DNA from: Eledone cirrhosa | Taxonomy: Eukaryota | Assembly (NCBI GenBank): GCA_964016885.1 | Contig: OZ024740.1 | Location: forward strand, 429,846,001-429,910,000 | Length of the DNA: 64,000 nt | Direction of reading: 5' to 3' | Shown here: positions 28,501-44,300 of the stretch, piece after piece | Numbering within the stretch: position 1 is the stretch's first letter | Layout of the letters: each line of letters begins with the position of its first letter | Made by a program: the position numbers and the translations under genes | The notes under the pieces: generated by a model | Seen by the model: the letters and a program-made list of their open reading frames with translations, nothing else | Told to the model about the DNA's origin: nothing | Databases searched by the model: none

Positions 28501-31500
28501 TAAATAACAACCTAATATTACTACCTATATCATTACTGTTATATTATTTTAAATAACAACCTAATATTACTACCTATATCATTACTGTTATATTATTCTA
28601 AATAACAACCTAATATTACTAACTATATTATTACTGTTATATTATTCTAAATAACAACCTAATATTACTACCTATATCATTACTGTTATATTATTTTAAA
28701 TAACAACCTAATATTACTACCTATATCATTACTGTTATATTATTCTAAATAACAACCTAATATTAGTACCTATATCATTACTGTTATATTATTCTAAATA
28801 ACAACCTAATATTACTACCTATATCATTACTGTTATATTATTCTAAATAATAACCTAATATTACTACCTATATCATTACTGTTATATTATTTTAAATAAC
28901 AACCTAATATTACAACCTATATCATTACTGTCATATTATTCTAAATAACAATTTAATATTACTACCTATATTATTACTGTTATATTATTCTAAATAACAA
29001 CCTAATATTACTACCTATATCATTACTGTTATATTATTCTAAATAACAACCTAATATTACTACCTATATCATTACTGTTATATTATTCTAAATAACAACC
29101 TAATATTACAACCTATATCATTACTGTTATATTATTCTGAATAACAACCTAATATTACAACCTATATCATTACTGTTATATTATTCTAAATAACAACATA
29201 ATATTACAACCTATATCATTACTGTTATATTATTCTAAATAACAACCTAATATTACTACCTATATCATTACTGTTATATTATTTTAAATAACAACCTAAT
29301 ATTACTACCTATATCATTACTGTTATATTATTCTAAATAACAACCTAATATTACTATCTATATCATTACTGTTATATTATTCTAAATAACAACCTAATAT
29401 TACTACCTATATCATTACTGTTATATTATTTTAAATAACAACCTAATATTACTACCTATATCATTACTGTCATATTATTCTAAATAACAACCTAATATTA
29501 CTACCTATATCATTACTGTTATATTATTCTAAATAACAACCTAATATTACTACCTATATCATTACTGTTATATTATTTTAAATAACAACCTAATATTACT
29601 ACCTATATCATTACTGTTATATTATTCTAAATAACAACCTAATATTACTATCTATATCATTACTGTTATATTATTCTAAATAACAACCTAATATTACTAC
29701 CTATATCATTACTGTTATATTATTTTAAATAACAACCTAATATTACTACCTATATCATTACTGTTATATTGTTCTAAATAACAACCTAATATTACTACCT
29801 ATATCATTACTGTTATATTATTCTAAATAACAACCTAATATTACAACCTATATCATTACTGTTATATTATTCTAAATAACAACCTAATATTACTTCCTAT
29901 ATCATTACTGTTATATTATTCTAAATAACAACCTAATATTACTACCTATATCATTACTGTTATATTATTCTAAATAACAACCTAATATTACTACCTATAT
30001 CATTACTGTTATATTATTCTAAATAACAACCTAATATTACAACCTATATCATTACTGTTATATTATTCTAAATAACAACCTAATATTACTTCCTATATCA
30101 TTACTGTTATATTATTCTAAATAACAACCTAATATTACTACCTATATCATTACTGTTATATTATTCTAAATAACAACCTAATATTACTACCTATATCATT
30201 ACTGTTATATTATTCTAAATAACAACCTAATATTACAACCTATATCATTACTGTTATATTATTCTAAATAACAACCTAATATTACTTCCTATATCATTAC
30301 TGTTATATTATTCTAAATAACAACCTAATATTACTTCCTATATCATTACTGTTATATTATTCTAAATAACAACCTAATATTACTACCTATATCATTACTG
30401 TTATATTATTTTAAATAACAACCTAATATTACTACCTATATCATTACTGTTATATTATTCTAAATAACAACCTAATATTACTACCTATATCATTACTGTT
30501 ATATTATTCTAAATAACAACCTAATATTACAACCTATATCATTACTGTTATATTATTCTAAATAACAACCTAATATTACTTCCTATATCATTACTGCTAT
30601 ATTATTCTAAATAACAACCTAATATTACTACCTATATCATTACTGTTATATTATTTTAAATAACAACCTAATATTACTACCTATATCATTACTGTTATAT
30701 TATTCTAAATAACAACCTAATATTACTTCCTATATCATTACTGTTATATTATTCTAAATAACAACCTAATATTACTTCCTATATCATTACTGTTATATTA
30801 TTCTAAATAACAACCTAATATTACTACCTATATCATTACTGTTATATTATTTTAAATAACAACCTAATATTACTACCTATATCATTACTGTTATATTATT
30901 CTAAATAACAACCTAATATTACTACCTATATCATTACTGTTATATTATTTTAAATAACAACCTAATATTACTACCTATATCATTACTGTTATATTATTAT
31001 AAATAACAACCTAATATTACTACCTATATCATTACTTTTATATTATTCTAAATAACAACCTAATATTTCTACCTATATCATTACTGTTATATTATTCTAA
31101 ATAACAACCTAATATTACTACCTATATCATTACTGTTATATTATTTTAAATAACAACCTAATATTACTACCTATATCATTACTGTTATATTATTCTAAAT
31201 AACAACCTAATATTACTACCTATATCATTACTGTTATATTATTCTAAATAACAACCTAATATTACTACCTATATCATTACTGTTATATTATTTTAAATAA
31301 CAACCTAATATTACTACCTATATCATTACTGTTATATTATTCTAAATAACAACCTAATATTACTACCTATATCATTACTGTTATATTATTCTAAATAACA
31401 ACCTAATATTACTACCTATATCATTACTGTTATAATATTCTAAATAACAACCTAATATTACTACCTATATCATTACTGTTATATTATTTTAAATCACAAC

Positions 31501-34500
31501 CTAATATTACTACCTATATCATTACTGTTATATTATTCTAAATAACAACCTAATATTACTTCCTATATCATTACTGTTATATTATTCGAAATAACAACCT
31601 AATATTACTTCCTATATCATTACTGTTATATTATTCTAAATAACAACCTAATATTACTACCTATATCATTACTGTTATATTATTTTAAATAACAACCTAA
31701 TATTACTACCTATATCATTACTGTTATATTATTCTAAATAACAACCTAATATTACTACCTATATCATTACTGTTATATTATTTTAAATAACAACCTAATA
31801 TTACTACCTATATCATTACTGTTATATTATTATAAATAACAACCTAATATTACTACCTATATCATTACTTTTATATTATTCTAAATAACAACCTAATATT
31901 TCTACCTATATCATTACTGTTATATTATTCTAAATAACAACCTAATATTACTACCTATATCATTACTGTTATATTATTTTAAATAACAACCTAATATTAC
32001 TACCTATATCATTACTGTTATATTATTCTAAATAACAACCTAATATTACTACCTATATCATTACTGTTATATTATTCTAAATAACAACCTAATATTACTA
32101 CCTATATCATTACTGTTATATTATTCTAAATAATAACCTCATATTACTACCTATATCATTACTGTTATATTATTTTAAATAACAACCTAATATTACTACC
32201 TATATCATTACTGTTATATTATTCTAAATAACAACCTAATATTACTACCTATATCATTACTGTTATATTATTCTAAATAACAACCTAATATTACTACCTA
32301 TATCATTACTGTTATATTATTTTAAATAACAATCTAATATTACTACCTATATCATTACTGTTATATTATTCTAAATAACAACCTAATATTACTACCTATA
32401 TCATTACAGTTATATTATTCTAAATAACAACCTAATATTACAAGCTATATCATTACTGTTATATTATTCTAAATAACAACCTAATATTACAACCTATATC
32501 ATTACTGTTATATTATTCTAAATAACAACCTAATATTACTTCCTATATCATTACTGTTATATTATTCTAAATAACAACCTAATATTACTACCTATATCAT
32601 TACTGTTATATTATTTTAAATAACCTAATATTACTACCTATATCATTACTGTTATATTATTCGAAATAACAACCTAATATTACTATCTATATCATTACTG
32701 TTATATTATTTTAAATAACAACCTAAAATTACTACCTATATCATTACTGTTATATTATTCTAAATAACAACCTAATATTACTACCTATATTATTACTGTT
32801 ATATTATTCTAAATAACAACCTAATATTACTACCTATATCATTACTGTTATATTATTCTAAATAACAACCTAATATTACTACCTATATCATTACTGTTAT
32901 ATTATTTTAAATAACAACCTAATATTACTACCTATATCATTACTGTTATATTATTCTAAATAACAACCTAATATTACTACCTATATCATTACTGTTATAT
33001 TATTCTAAATAACAACCTAATATTACTACCTATATCATTACTGTTATATTATTCTAAATAATAACCTCATATTACTACCTATATCATTACTGTTATATTA
33101 TTTTAAATAACAACCTAATATTACTACCTATATCATTACTGTTATATTATTCTAAATAACAACCTAATATTACTACCTATATCATTACTGTTATATTATT
33201 CAAAATAACAACCAAATATTACTACCTATATCATTACTGTTATATTATTCTAAATAACAACCTAATATTACTACCTATATTATTACTGTTATATTATTCT
33301 AAATAACAACCTAATATTACTACCTATATCATTACTGTTATATTATTTTAAATAACAACCTAATATTACTACCTATATCATTACTGTTATATTATTCTAA
33401 ATAACAACCTAATATTACTACCTATATCATTACTGTTATATTATTCTAAATAACAACCTAATATTACTACCTATATCATTACTGTTATATTATTCTAAAT
33501 AACAACCTAATATTACTACCTATATCATTACTGTTATATTATTCTAAATAACAACCTAATATTACAACCTATATCATTACTGTTATATTATTCTAAATAA
33601 CAACCTAATATTACTTCCTATATCATTACTGTTATATTATTCTAAATAACAACCTAATATTACTACCTATATCATTACAGTTATATTATTCTAAATAACA
33701 ACCTAATATTACTTCCTATATCATTACTGTTATATTATTCTAAATAACAACCTAATATTACTACCTATATCATTACTGTTATATTATTTTAAATAACAAC
33801 CTAATATTACTACCTATATCATTACTGTTATATTGTTCTAAATAACAACCTAATATTACTACCTATATCATTACTGTTATATTATTCTAAATAACAACCT
33901 AATATTACAACCTATATCATTACTGTTATATTATTCTAAATAACAACCTAATATTACTTCCTATATCATTACTGTTATATTATTCTAAATAACAACCTAA
34001 TATTACTACCTATATCATTACTGTTATATTATTCTAAATAACAACCTAATATTACTACCTATATCATTACTGTTATATTATTCTAAATAACAACCTAATA
34101 TTACAACCTATATCATTACTGTTATATTATTCTAAATAACAACCTAATATTACTTCCTATATCATTACTGTTATATTATTCTAAATAACAACCTAATATT
34201 ACTACCTATATCATTACTGTTATATTATTCTAAATAACAACCTAATATTACTACCTATATCATTACTGTTATATTATTCTAAATAACAACCTAATATTAC
34301 AACCTATATCATTACTGTTATATTATTCTAAATAACAACCTAATATTACTTCCTATATCATTACTGTTATATTATTCTAAATAACAACCTAATATTACTT
34401 CCTATATCATTACTGTTATATTATTCTAAATAACAACCTAATATTACTACCTATATCATTACTGTTATATTATTTTAAATAACAACCTAATATTACTACC

Positions 34501-37500
34501 TATATCATTACTGTTATATTATTCTAAATAACAACTAATATTACTACCTATATCATTACTGTTATATTATTCTAAATAACAACCTAATATTACAACCTAT
34601 ATCATTACTGTTATATTATTCTAAATAACAACCTAATATTACAACCTATATCATTACTGTTATATTATTCTAAATAAACAACCTAATATTACAACCTATA
34701 TCATTACTGTTATATTATTCTAAATAACAACCTAATATTACTACCTATATCATTACTGTTATATTATTCAAAATAACAACCAAATATTACTACCTATATC
34801 ATTACTGTTATATTATTCTAAATAACAACCTAATATTACTACCTATATCATTACTGTTATATTATTCAAAATAACAACCAAATATTACTACCTATATCAT
34901 TACTGTTATATTATTCTAAATAACAACCTAATATTACTACCTATATCATTACTGTTATATTATTCTAAATAACAACCTAATATTACAACCTATATCATTA
35001 CTGTTATATTATTCTAAATAACAACCTAATATTACTTCCTATATCATTACTGTTATATTATTCTAAATAACAACCTAATATTACTACCTATATCATTACT
35101 GTTATATTATTCTAAATAATAACCTAATATTACTACCTATATCATTACTGTTATATTATTCTAAATAACAACCTAATATTACTACCTATATCATTACTGT
35201 TATATTATTCTAAACAACAACCTAATATTACTACCTATATCATTACTGTTATATTATTCTAAATAGCAACCTAATATTACTACCTATATCATTACTGTTA
35301 TATTATTCTAAACAACAACCTAATATTACTACCTATATCATTACTGTTATATTATTCTAAATAACAACCTAATATTACTACCTATATCATTACTTTTATA
35401 TTATTTTAAATAACAACCTAATATTTCTACCTATATCATTACTGTTATATTATTCTAAATAACAACCTAATATTACTACCTATATCATTACTGTTATATT
35501 ATTTTAAATAACAACCTAATATTACTACCTATATCATTACTGTTATATTATTCTAAATAACAACCTAATATTACTACCTATATCATTACTGTTATATTAT
35601 TCTAAATAACAACCTAATATTACTGCCTATATCATTACTGTTATATTATTCTAAATAACAACCTAATATTACTACCTATATCATTACTGTTATATTATTC
35701 TAAATAACAACCTAATATTACTACCTATATCATTACTGTTATATTATTCTAAATAACAACCTAATATTACAACCTATATCATTACTGTTATATTATTCTA
35801 AATAACAACCTAATATTACTACCTATATCATTACTGTTATATTATTTTAAATAACAACCTAATATTACTACCTATATCATTACTGTTATATTATTCTAAA
35901 TAACAACCTAATATTACTACCTATATCATTACTGTTATATTATTCTAAATAATAACCTAATATTACTACCTATATCATTACTGTTATATTATTATACATA
36001 ACAACCTAATATTACTACCTATATCATTACTGTTATATTATTCTAAATAACAACCTAATATTACTACCTATATCATTACTGTTATATTATTTTAAATAAC
36101 AACCTAATATTACTACCTATATCATTACTGTTATATTATTCTAAATAACAACCTAATATTACTAACTATATCATTACTGTTATATTATTCTAAATAACAA
36201 CCTAATATTACTACCTATATCATTACTGTTATATTATTTTAAATAACAACCTAATATTACTACCTATATCATTACTGTTATATTATTGTAAATAACAACC
36301 TAATATTAGTACCTATATCATTACTGTTATATTATTCTAAATAACAACCTAATATTACTACCTATATCATTACTGTTATATTATTCTAAATAATAACCTA
36401 ATATTACTACCTATATCATTACTGTTATATTATTTTAAATAACAACCTAATATTACAACCTATATCATTACTGTCATATTATTCTAAATAACAATTTAAT
36501 ATTACTACCTATATTATTACTGTTATATTATTCTAAATAACAACCTAATATTACTACCTATATCATTACTGTTATATTATTCTAAATAACAACCTAATAT
36601 TACTACCTATATCATTACTGTTATATTATTCTAAATAACAACCTAATATTACAACCTATATCATTACTGTTATATTATTCTGAATAACAACCTAATATTA
36701 CAACCTATATCATTACTGTTATATTATTCTAAATAACAACATAATATTACAACCTATATCATTACTGTTATATTATTCTAAATAACAACCTAATATTACT
36801 ACCTATATCATTACTGTTATATTATTTTAAATAACAACCTAATATTACTACCTATATCATTACTGTTATATTATTCTAAATAACAACCTAATATTACTAT
36901 CTATATCATTACTGTTATATTATTCTAAATAACAACCTAATATTACTACCTATATCATTACTGTTATATTATTTTAAATAACAACCTAATATTACTACCT
37001 ATATCATTACTGTCATATTATTCTAAATAACAACCTAATATTACTACCTATATCATTACTGTTATATTATTCTAAATAACAACCTAATATTACTACCTAT
37101 ATCATTACTGTTATATTATTTTAAATAACAACCTAATATTACTACCTATATCATTACTGTTATATTATTCTAAATAACAACCTAATATTACTATCTATAT
37201 CATTACTGTTATATTATTCTAAATAACAACCTAATATTACTACCTATATCATTACTGTTATATTATTTTAAATAACAACCTAATATTACTACCTATATCA
37301 TTACTGTTATATTGTTCTAAATAACAACCTAATATTACTACCTATATCATTACTGTTATATTATTCTAAATAACAACCTAATATTACAACCTATATCATT
37401 ACTGTTATATTATTCTAAATAACAACCTAATATTACTTCCTATATCATTACTGTTATATTATTCTAAATAACAACCTAATATTACTACCTATATCATTAC

Positions 37501-40500
37501 TGTTATATTATTCTAAATAACAACCTAATATTACTACCTATATCATTACTGTTATATTATTCTAAATAACAACCTAATATTACAACCTATATCATTACTG
37601 TTATATTATTCTAAATAACAACCTAATATTACTTCCTATATCATTACTGTTATATTATTCTAAATAACAACCTAATATTACTACCTATATCATTACTGTT
37701 ATATTATTCTAAATAACAACCTAATATTACTACCTATATCATTACTGTTATATTATTCTAAATAACAACCTAATATTACAACCTATATCATTACTGTTAT
37801 ATTATTCTAAATAACAACCTAATATTACTTCCTATATCATTACTGTTATATTATTCTAAATAACAACCTAATATTACTTCCTATATCATTACTGTTATAT
37901 TATTCTAAATAACAACCTAATATTACTACCTATATCATTACTGTTATATTATTTTAAATAACAACCTAATATTACTACCTATATCATTACTGTTATATTA
38001 TTCTAAATAACAACCTAATATTACTACCTATATCATTACTGTTATATTATTCTAAATAACAACCTAATATTACAACCTATATCATTACTGTTATATTATT
38101 CTAAATAACAACCTAATATTACTTCCTATATCATTACTGCTATATTATTCTAAATAACAACCTAATATTACTACCTATATCATTACTGTTATATTATTTT
38201 AAATAACAACCTAATATTACTACCTATATCATTACTGTTATATTATTCTAAATAACAACCTAATATTACTTCCTATATCATTACTGTTATATTATTCTAA
38301 ATAACAACCTAATATTACTTCCTATATCATTACTGTTATATTATTCTAAATAACAACCTAATATTACTACCTATATCATTACTGTTATATTATTTTAAAT
38401 AACAACCTAATATTACTACCTATATCATTACTGTTATATTATTCTAAATAACAACCTAATATTACTACCTATATCATTACTGTTATATTATTTTAAATAA
38501 CAACCTAATATTACTACCTATATCATTACTGTTATATTATTATAAATAACAACCTAATATTACTACCTATATCATTACTTTTATATTATTCTAAATAACA
38601 ACCTAATATTTCTACCTATATCATTACTGTTATATTATTCTAAATAACAACCTAATATTACTACCTATATCATTACTGTTATATTATTTTAAATAACAAC
38701 CTAATATTACTACCTATATCATTACTGTTATATTATTCTAAATAACAACCTAATATTACTACCTATATCATTACTGTTATATTATTCTAAATAACAACCT
38801 AATATTACTACCTATATCATTACTGTTATATTATTTTAAATAACAACCTAATATTACTACCTATATCATTACTGTTATATTATTCTAAATAACAACCTAA
38901 TATTACTACCTATATCATTACTGTTATATTATTCTAAATAACAACCTAATATTACTACCTATATCATTACTGTTATAATATTCTAAATAACAACCTAATA
39001 TTACTACCTATATCATTACTGTTATATTATTTTAAATCACAACCTAATATTACTACCTATATCATTACTGTTATATTATTCTAAATAACAACCTAATATT
39101 ACTTCCTATATCATTACTGTTATATTATTCGAAATAACAACCTAATATTACTTCCTATATCATTACTGTTATATTATTCTAAATAACAACCTAATATTAC
39201 TACCTATATCATTACTGTTATATTATTTTAAATAACAACCTAATATTACTACCTATATCATTACTGTTATATTATTCTAAATAACAACCTAATATTACTA
39301 CCTATATCATTACTGTTATATTATTTTAAATAACAACCTAATATTACTACCTATATCATTACTGTTATATTATTATAAATAACAACCTAATATTACTACC
39401 TATATCATTACTTTTATATTATTCTAAATAACAACCTAATATTTCTACCTATATCATTACTGTTATATTATTCTAAATAACAACCTAATATTACTACCTA
39501 TATCATTACTGTTATATTATTTTAAATAACAACCTAATATTACTACCTATATCATTACTGTTATATTATTCTAAATAACAACCTAATATTACTACCTATA
39601 TCATTACTGTTATATTATTCTAAATAACAACCTAATATTACTACCTATATCATTACTGTTATATTATTCTAAATAATAACCTCATATTACTACCTATATC
39701 ATTACTGTTATATTATTTTAAATAACAACCTAATATTACTACCTATATCATTACTGTTATATTATTCTAAATAACAACCTAATATTACTACCTATATCAT
39801 TACTGTTATATTATTCTAAATAACAACCTAATATTACTACCTATATCATTACTGTTATATTATTTTAAATAACAATCTAATATTACTACCTATATCATTA
39901 CTGTTATATTATTCTAAATAACAACCTAATATTACTACCTATATCATTACAGTTATATTATTCTAAATAACAACCTAATATTACAAGCTATATCATTACT
40001 GTTATATTATTCTAAATAACAACCTAATATTACAACCTATATCATTACTGTTATATTATTCTAAATAACAACCTAATATTACTTCCTATATCATTACTGT
40101 TATATTATTCTAAATAACAACCTAATATTACTACCTATATCATTACTGTTATATTATTTTAAATAACCTAATATTACTACCTATATCATTACTGTTATAT
40201 TATTCGAAATAACAACCTAATATTACTATCTATATCATTACTGTTATATTATTTTAAATAACAACCTAAAATTACTACCTATATCATTACTGTTATATTA
40301 TTCTAAATAACAACCTAATATTACTACCTATATTATTACTGTTATATTATTCTAAATAACAACCTAATATTACTACCTATATCATTACTGTTATATTATT
40401 CTAAATAACAACCTAATATTACTACCTATATCATTACTGTTATATTATTTTAAATAACAACCTAATATTACTACCTATATCATTACTGTTATATTATTCT

Positions 40501-40690
40501 AAATAACAACCTAATATTACTACCTATATCATTACTGTTATATTATTCTAAATAACAACCTAATATTACTACCTATATCATTACTGTTATATTATTCTAA
40601 ATAATAACCTCATATTACTACCTATATCATTACTGTTATATTATTTTAAATAACAACCTAATATTACTACCTATATCATTACTGTTATAT
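25600..40690. repeat. Tandem duplication of a 7,543-bp (154-monomer) higher-order block: ~25600-33140 and ~33140-40690
   Basis: Diagnostic variants at constant offset 7543: TAGCAAC 27721/35264, TATTAGT 28761/36304, AAATCAC 31491/39034, CTCAT 33066/40609. 7543 = 154x49-3 (one 46-bp monomer). Boundaries approximate. Confidence 0.9.
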
Positions 40691-41330
40691 TATTCTAAAT
40701 AACAAACTAATATTACTACCTATATCATTACTGTTATATTATTCTAAATAACAACCTAATATTACTACCTATATCATTACTGTTATATTATTTTAAATAA
40801 CAATCTAATATTACTACCTATATCATTACTGTTATATTATTCTAAATAACAACCTAATATTACTACCTATATCATTACAGTTATATTATTCTAAATAACA
40901 ACCTAATATTACAAGCTATATCATTACTGTTATATTATTCTAAATAACAACCTAATATTACAACCTATATCATTACTGTTATATTATTCTAAATAACAAC
41001 CTAATATTACTTCCTATATCATTACTGTTATATTATTCTAAATAACAACCTAATATTACTACCTATATCATTACTGTTATATTATTTTAAATAACCTAAT
41101 ATTACTACCTATATCATTACTGTTATATTATTCGAAATAACAACCTAATATTACTATCTATATCATTACTGTTATATTATTTTAAATAACAACCTAAAAT
41201 TACTACCTATATCATTACTGTTATATTATTCTAAATAACAACCTAATATTACTACCTATATTATTACTGTTATATTATTCTAAATAACAACCTAATATTA
41301 CTACCTATATCATTACTGTTATATTATTCT
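39660..41330. repeat. 19-monomer (928-bp) tandem block duplication
   Basis: CTCAT 39681/40609 and ACAAGCT 39983/40911, followed in both copies by the 46-bp monomer and the TTCGA, TATCT and AAAATT variants. 928 = 19x49-3. Confidence 0.85.
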
Positions 41331-44300
41331 AAATAACAACCTAATATTACTACCTATATCATTACTGTTATATTATTCTAAATAACAACCTAATATTACT
41401 ACCTATATCATTACTGTTATATTATTCTAAATAACAACCTAATATTACTACCTATATCATTACTGTTATATTATTCTAAATAACAACCTAATATTACTAC
41501 CTATATAATTACTGTTATATAATTTTAAATAACAACCTAATATTACTACCTATATCATTACTGTTATATTATTCTAAATAACAACCTAATATTACAACCT
41601 ATATCATTACTGTTATATTATTCTAAATAACAACCTAATATTACAACCTATATCATTACTGTTATATTATTCTAAATAACAACCTAATATTACAACCTAT
41701 ATCATTACTGTTATATTATTCTAAATAACAACCTAATATTACTACCTATATCATTACTGTTATATTATTCAAAATAACAACATTATATTGCTACCTATAT
41801 CATTACTGTTATATTATTCTAAATAACAACCTAATATTACTACCTATATCATTACTGTTATATTATTCTAAATAACAACCTAATATTACTACCTATATCA
41901 TTACTGTTATATTATTCTAAATAATAACCTAATATTACTACCTATATCATTACTGTTATATTATTCTAAATAACAACCTAATATTACTACCTATATCATT
42001 ACTGTTATATTATTCTAAACAACAACCTAATATTACTACCTATATCATTACTGTTATATTATTCTAAATAACAACCTAATATTACTACCTATATCATTAC
42101 TGTTATATTATATTAAATAACAACCTAATATTACTGCCTATATCATTACTGTTATATTATTCTAAATAACAACCTAATATTACTACCTATATCATTACTG
42201 TTATATTATTCTAAATAACAACCTAATATTACTACCTATATCATTACTGTTATATTATTCTAAATAACAACCTAATATTACAACCTATATCATTACTGTT
42301 ATATTATTCTAAATAACAACCTAATATTACTACCTATATCATTACTGTTATATTATTTTAAATAACAACCTAATATAACTACCTATATCATTACTGTTAT
42401 ATTATTCTAAATAACAACCTAATATTACTACCTATATCATTACTGTTATATTATTCTAAATAATAACCTAATATTACTACCTATATCATTACTGTTATAT
42501 TATTCTAAATAACAACCTAATATTACTACCTATATCATTACTGTTATATTATTCTAAATAACAACCTAATATTACTACCTATATCATTACTGTTATATTA
42601 TTTTAAATAACAACCTAATATTACTACCTATATCATTACTGTTATATTATTATAAATAACAACCTAATATTACTACCTATATCATTACTGTTATATTATT
42701 CTAAATAACAACCTAATATTACTACCTATATCATTACTGTTATATTATTCTAAATAAAAACCTAATATTACTACCTATATCATTACTGTTATATTATTTT
42801 AAATAACAACCTAATATTACTACCTATATCATTACTGTTATATTATTCAAAATAACAACCTAATATTACTACCTATATCATTACTGTTATATTATTCTAA
42901 ATAACAACCTAATATTACTACCTATATCATTACTGTTATATTATTTTAAATAACAACCTAATATTACTACCTATATCATTACTGTTATATTATTCTAAAT
43001 AACAACCTAATATTACTACCTATATCATTACTGTTATATTATTCTAAATAACAACCTAATATTACTACCTATATCATTACTGTTATATTATTCTAAATAA
43101 CAACCTAATATTACTACCTATATCATTACTGTTATATTATTTTAAATAACAACCTAATATTACTACCTATATCATTACTGTTATATTATTCTAAATAACA
43201 ACCTAATATTACTACCTATATCATTACTGTTATATTATTCTAAATAACAACCTAATATTACTACCTATATCATTACTATTATATTATTCTAAATAACAAC
43301 CTAATATTACTACCTATATCATTACTGTTATATTATTCTAAATAACAACCTAATATTACTACCTATATCATTACTGTTATATTATTCTAAATAACAACCT
43401 AATATTACAACCTATATCATTACTGTTATATTATTCTAAATAACAACCTAATATTACAACCTATATCATTACTGTTATATTATTCTAAATAACAACCTAA
43501 TATTACAACCTATATCATTACTGTTATATTATTCTAAATAACAACCTAATATTACTACCTATATCATTACTGTTATATTATTCAAAATAACAACCAAATA
43601 TTACTACCTATATCATTACTGTTATATTATTCTAAATAACAACCTAATATTACTACCTATATTATTACTGTTATATTATTCTAAATAACAAACTAATATT
43701 ACTACCTATATCATTACTGTTATATTATTTTAAATAACAACCTAATATTACTACCTATATCATTACTGTTATATTATTCTAAATAACAACCTAATATTAC
43801 TACCTATATCATTACTGTTATATTATTCTAAATAACAACCTAATATTACTACCTATATCATTACTGTTATATTATTCTAAATAACAACCTAATATTACTA
43901 CCTATATCATTACTGTTATATTATTCTAAATAATAACCTAATATTACTACCTATATCATTACTGTTATATTATTCTAAATAACAACCTAATATTACTACC
44001 TATATCATTACTGTTATATTATTCTAAACAAGAACCTAATATTACTACCTATATCATTACTGTTATATTATTCTAAATAACAACCTAATATTACTACCTA
44101 TATCATTACTGTTATATTATTCTAAATAACAACCTAATATTACTACCTATATCATTACTGTTATATTATTCTAAATAATAACCTAATATTACTACCTATA
44201 TCATTACTGTTATATTATTCTAAATAACAACCTAATATTACTACCTATATCATTACTGTTATATTATTCTAAACAACAACCTAATATTACTACCTATATC

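Larger units (their letters stand above)
1..33560. repeat. Giant inverted duplication (palindrome): arm 1-16743, ~58-bp spacer, arm 16802-~33560
   Basis: Rare variants mirror in order. GGTTTTTATTT ~16638 matches AAATAAAAACC ~16898. SINE 13273-13457 matches 20091-20277. GTTGCTA ~5828 matches TAGCAAC 27721. GGTACTAAT ~4787 matches ATTAGTACC 28762. ATGAGGTTAT ~496 matches ATAACCTCAT 33061. Mirrored coordinate sums stay at about 33545-33565. Confidence 0.95.
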
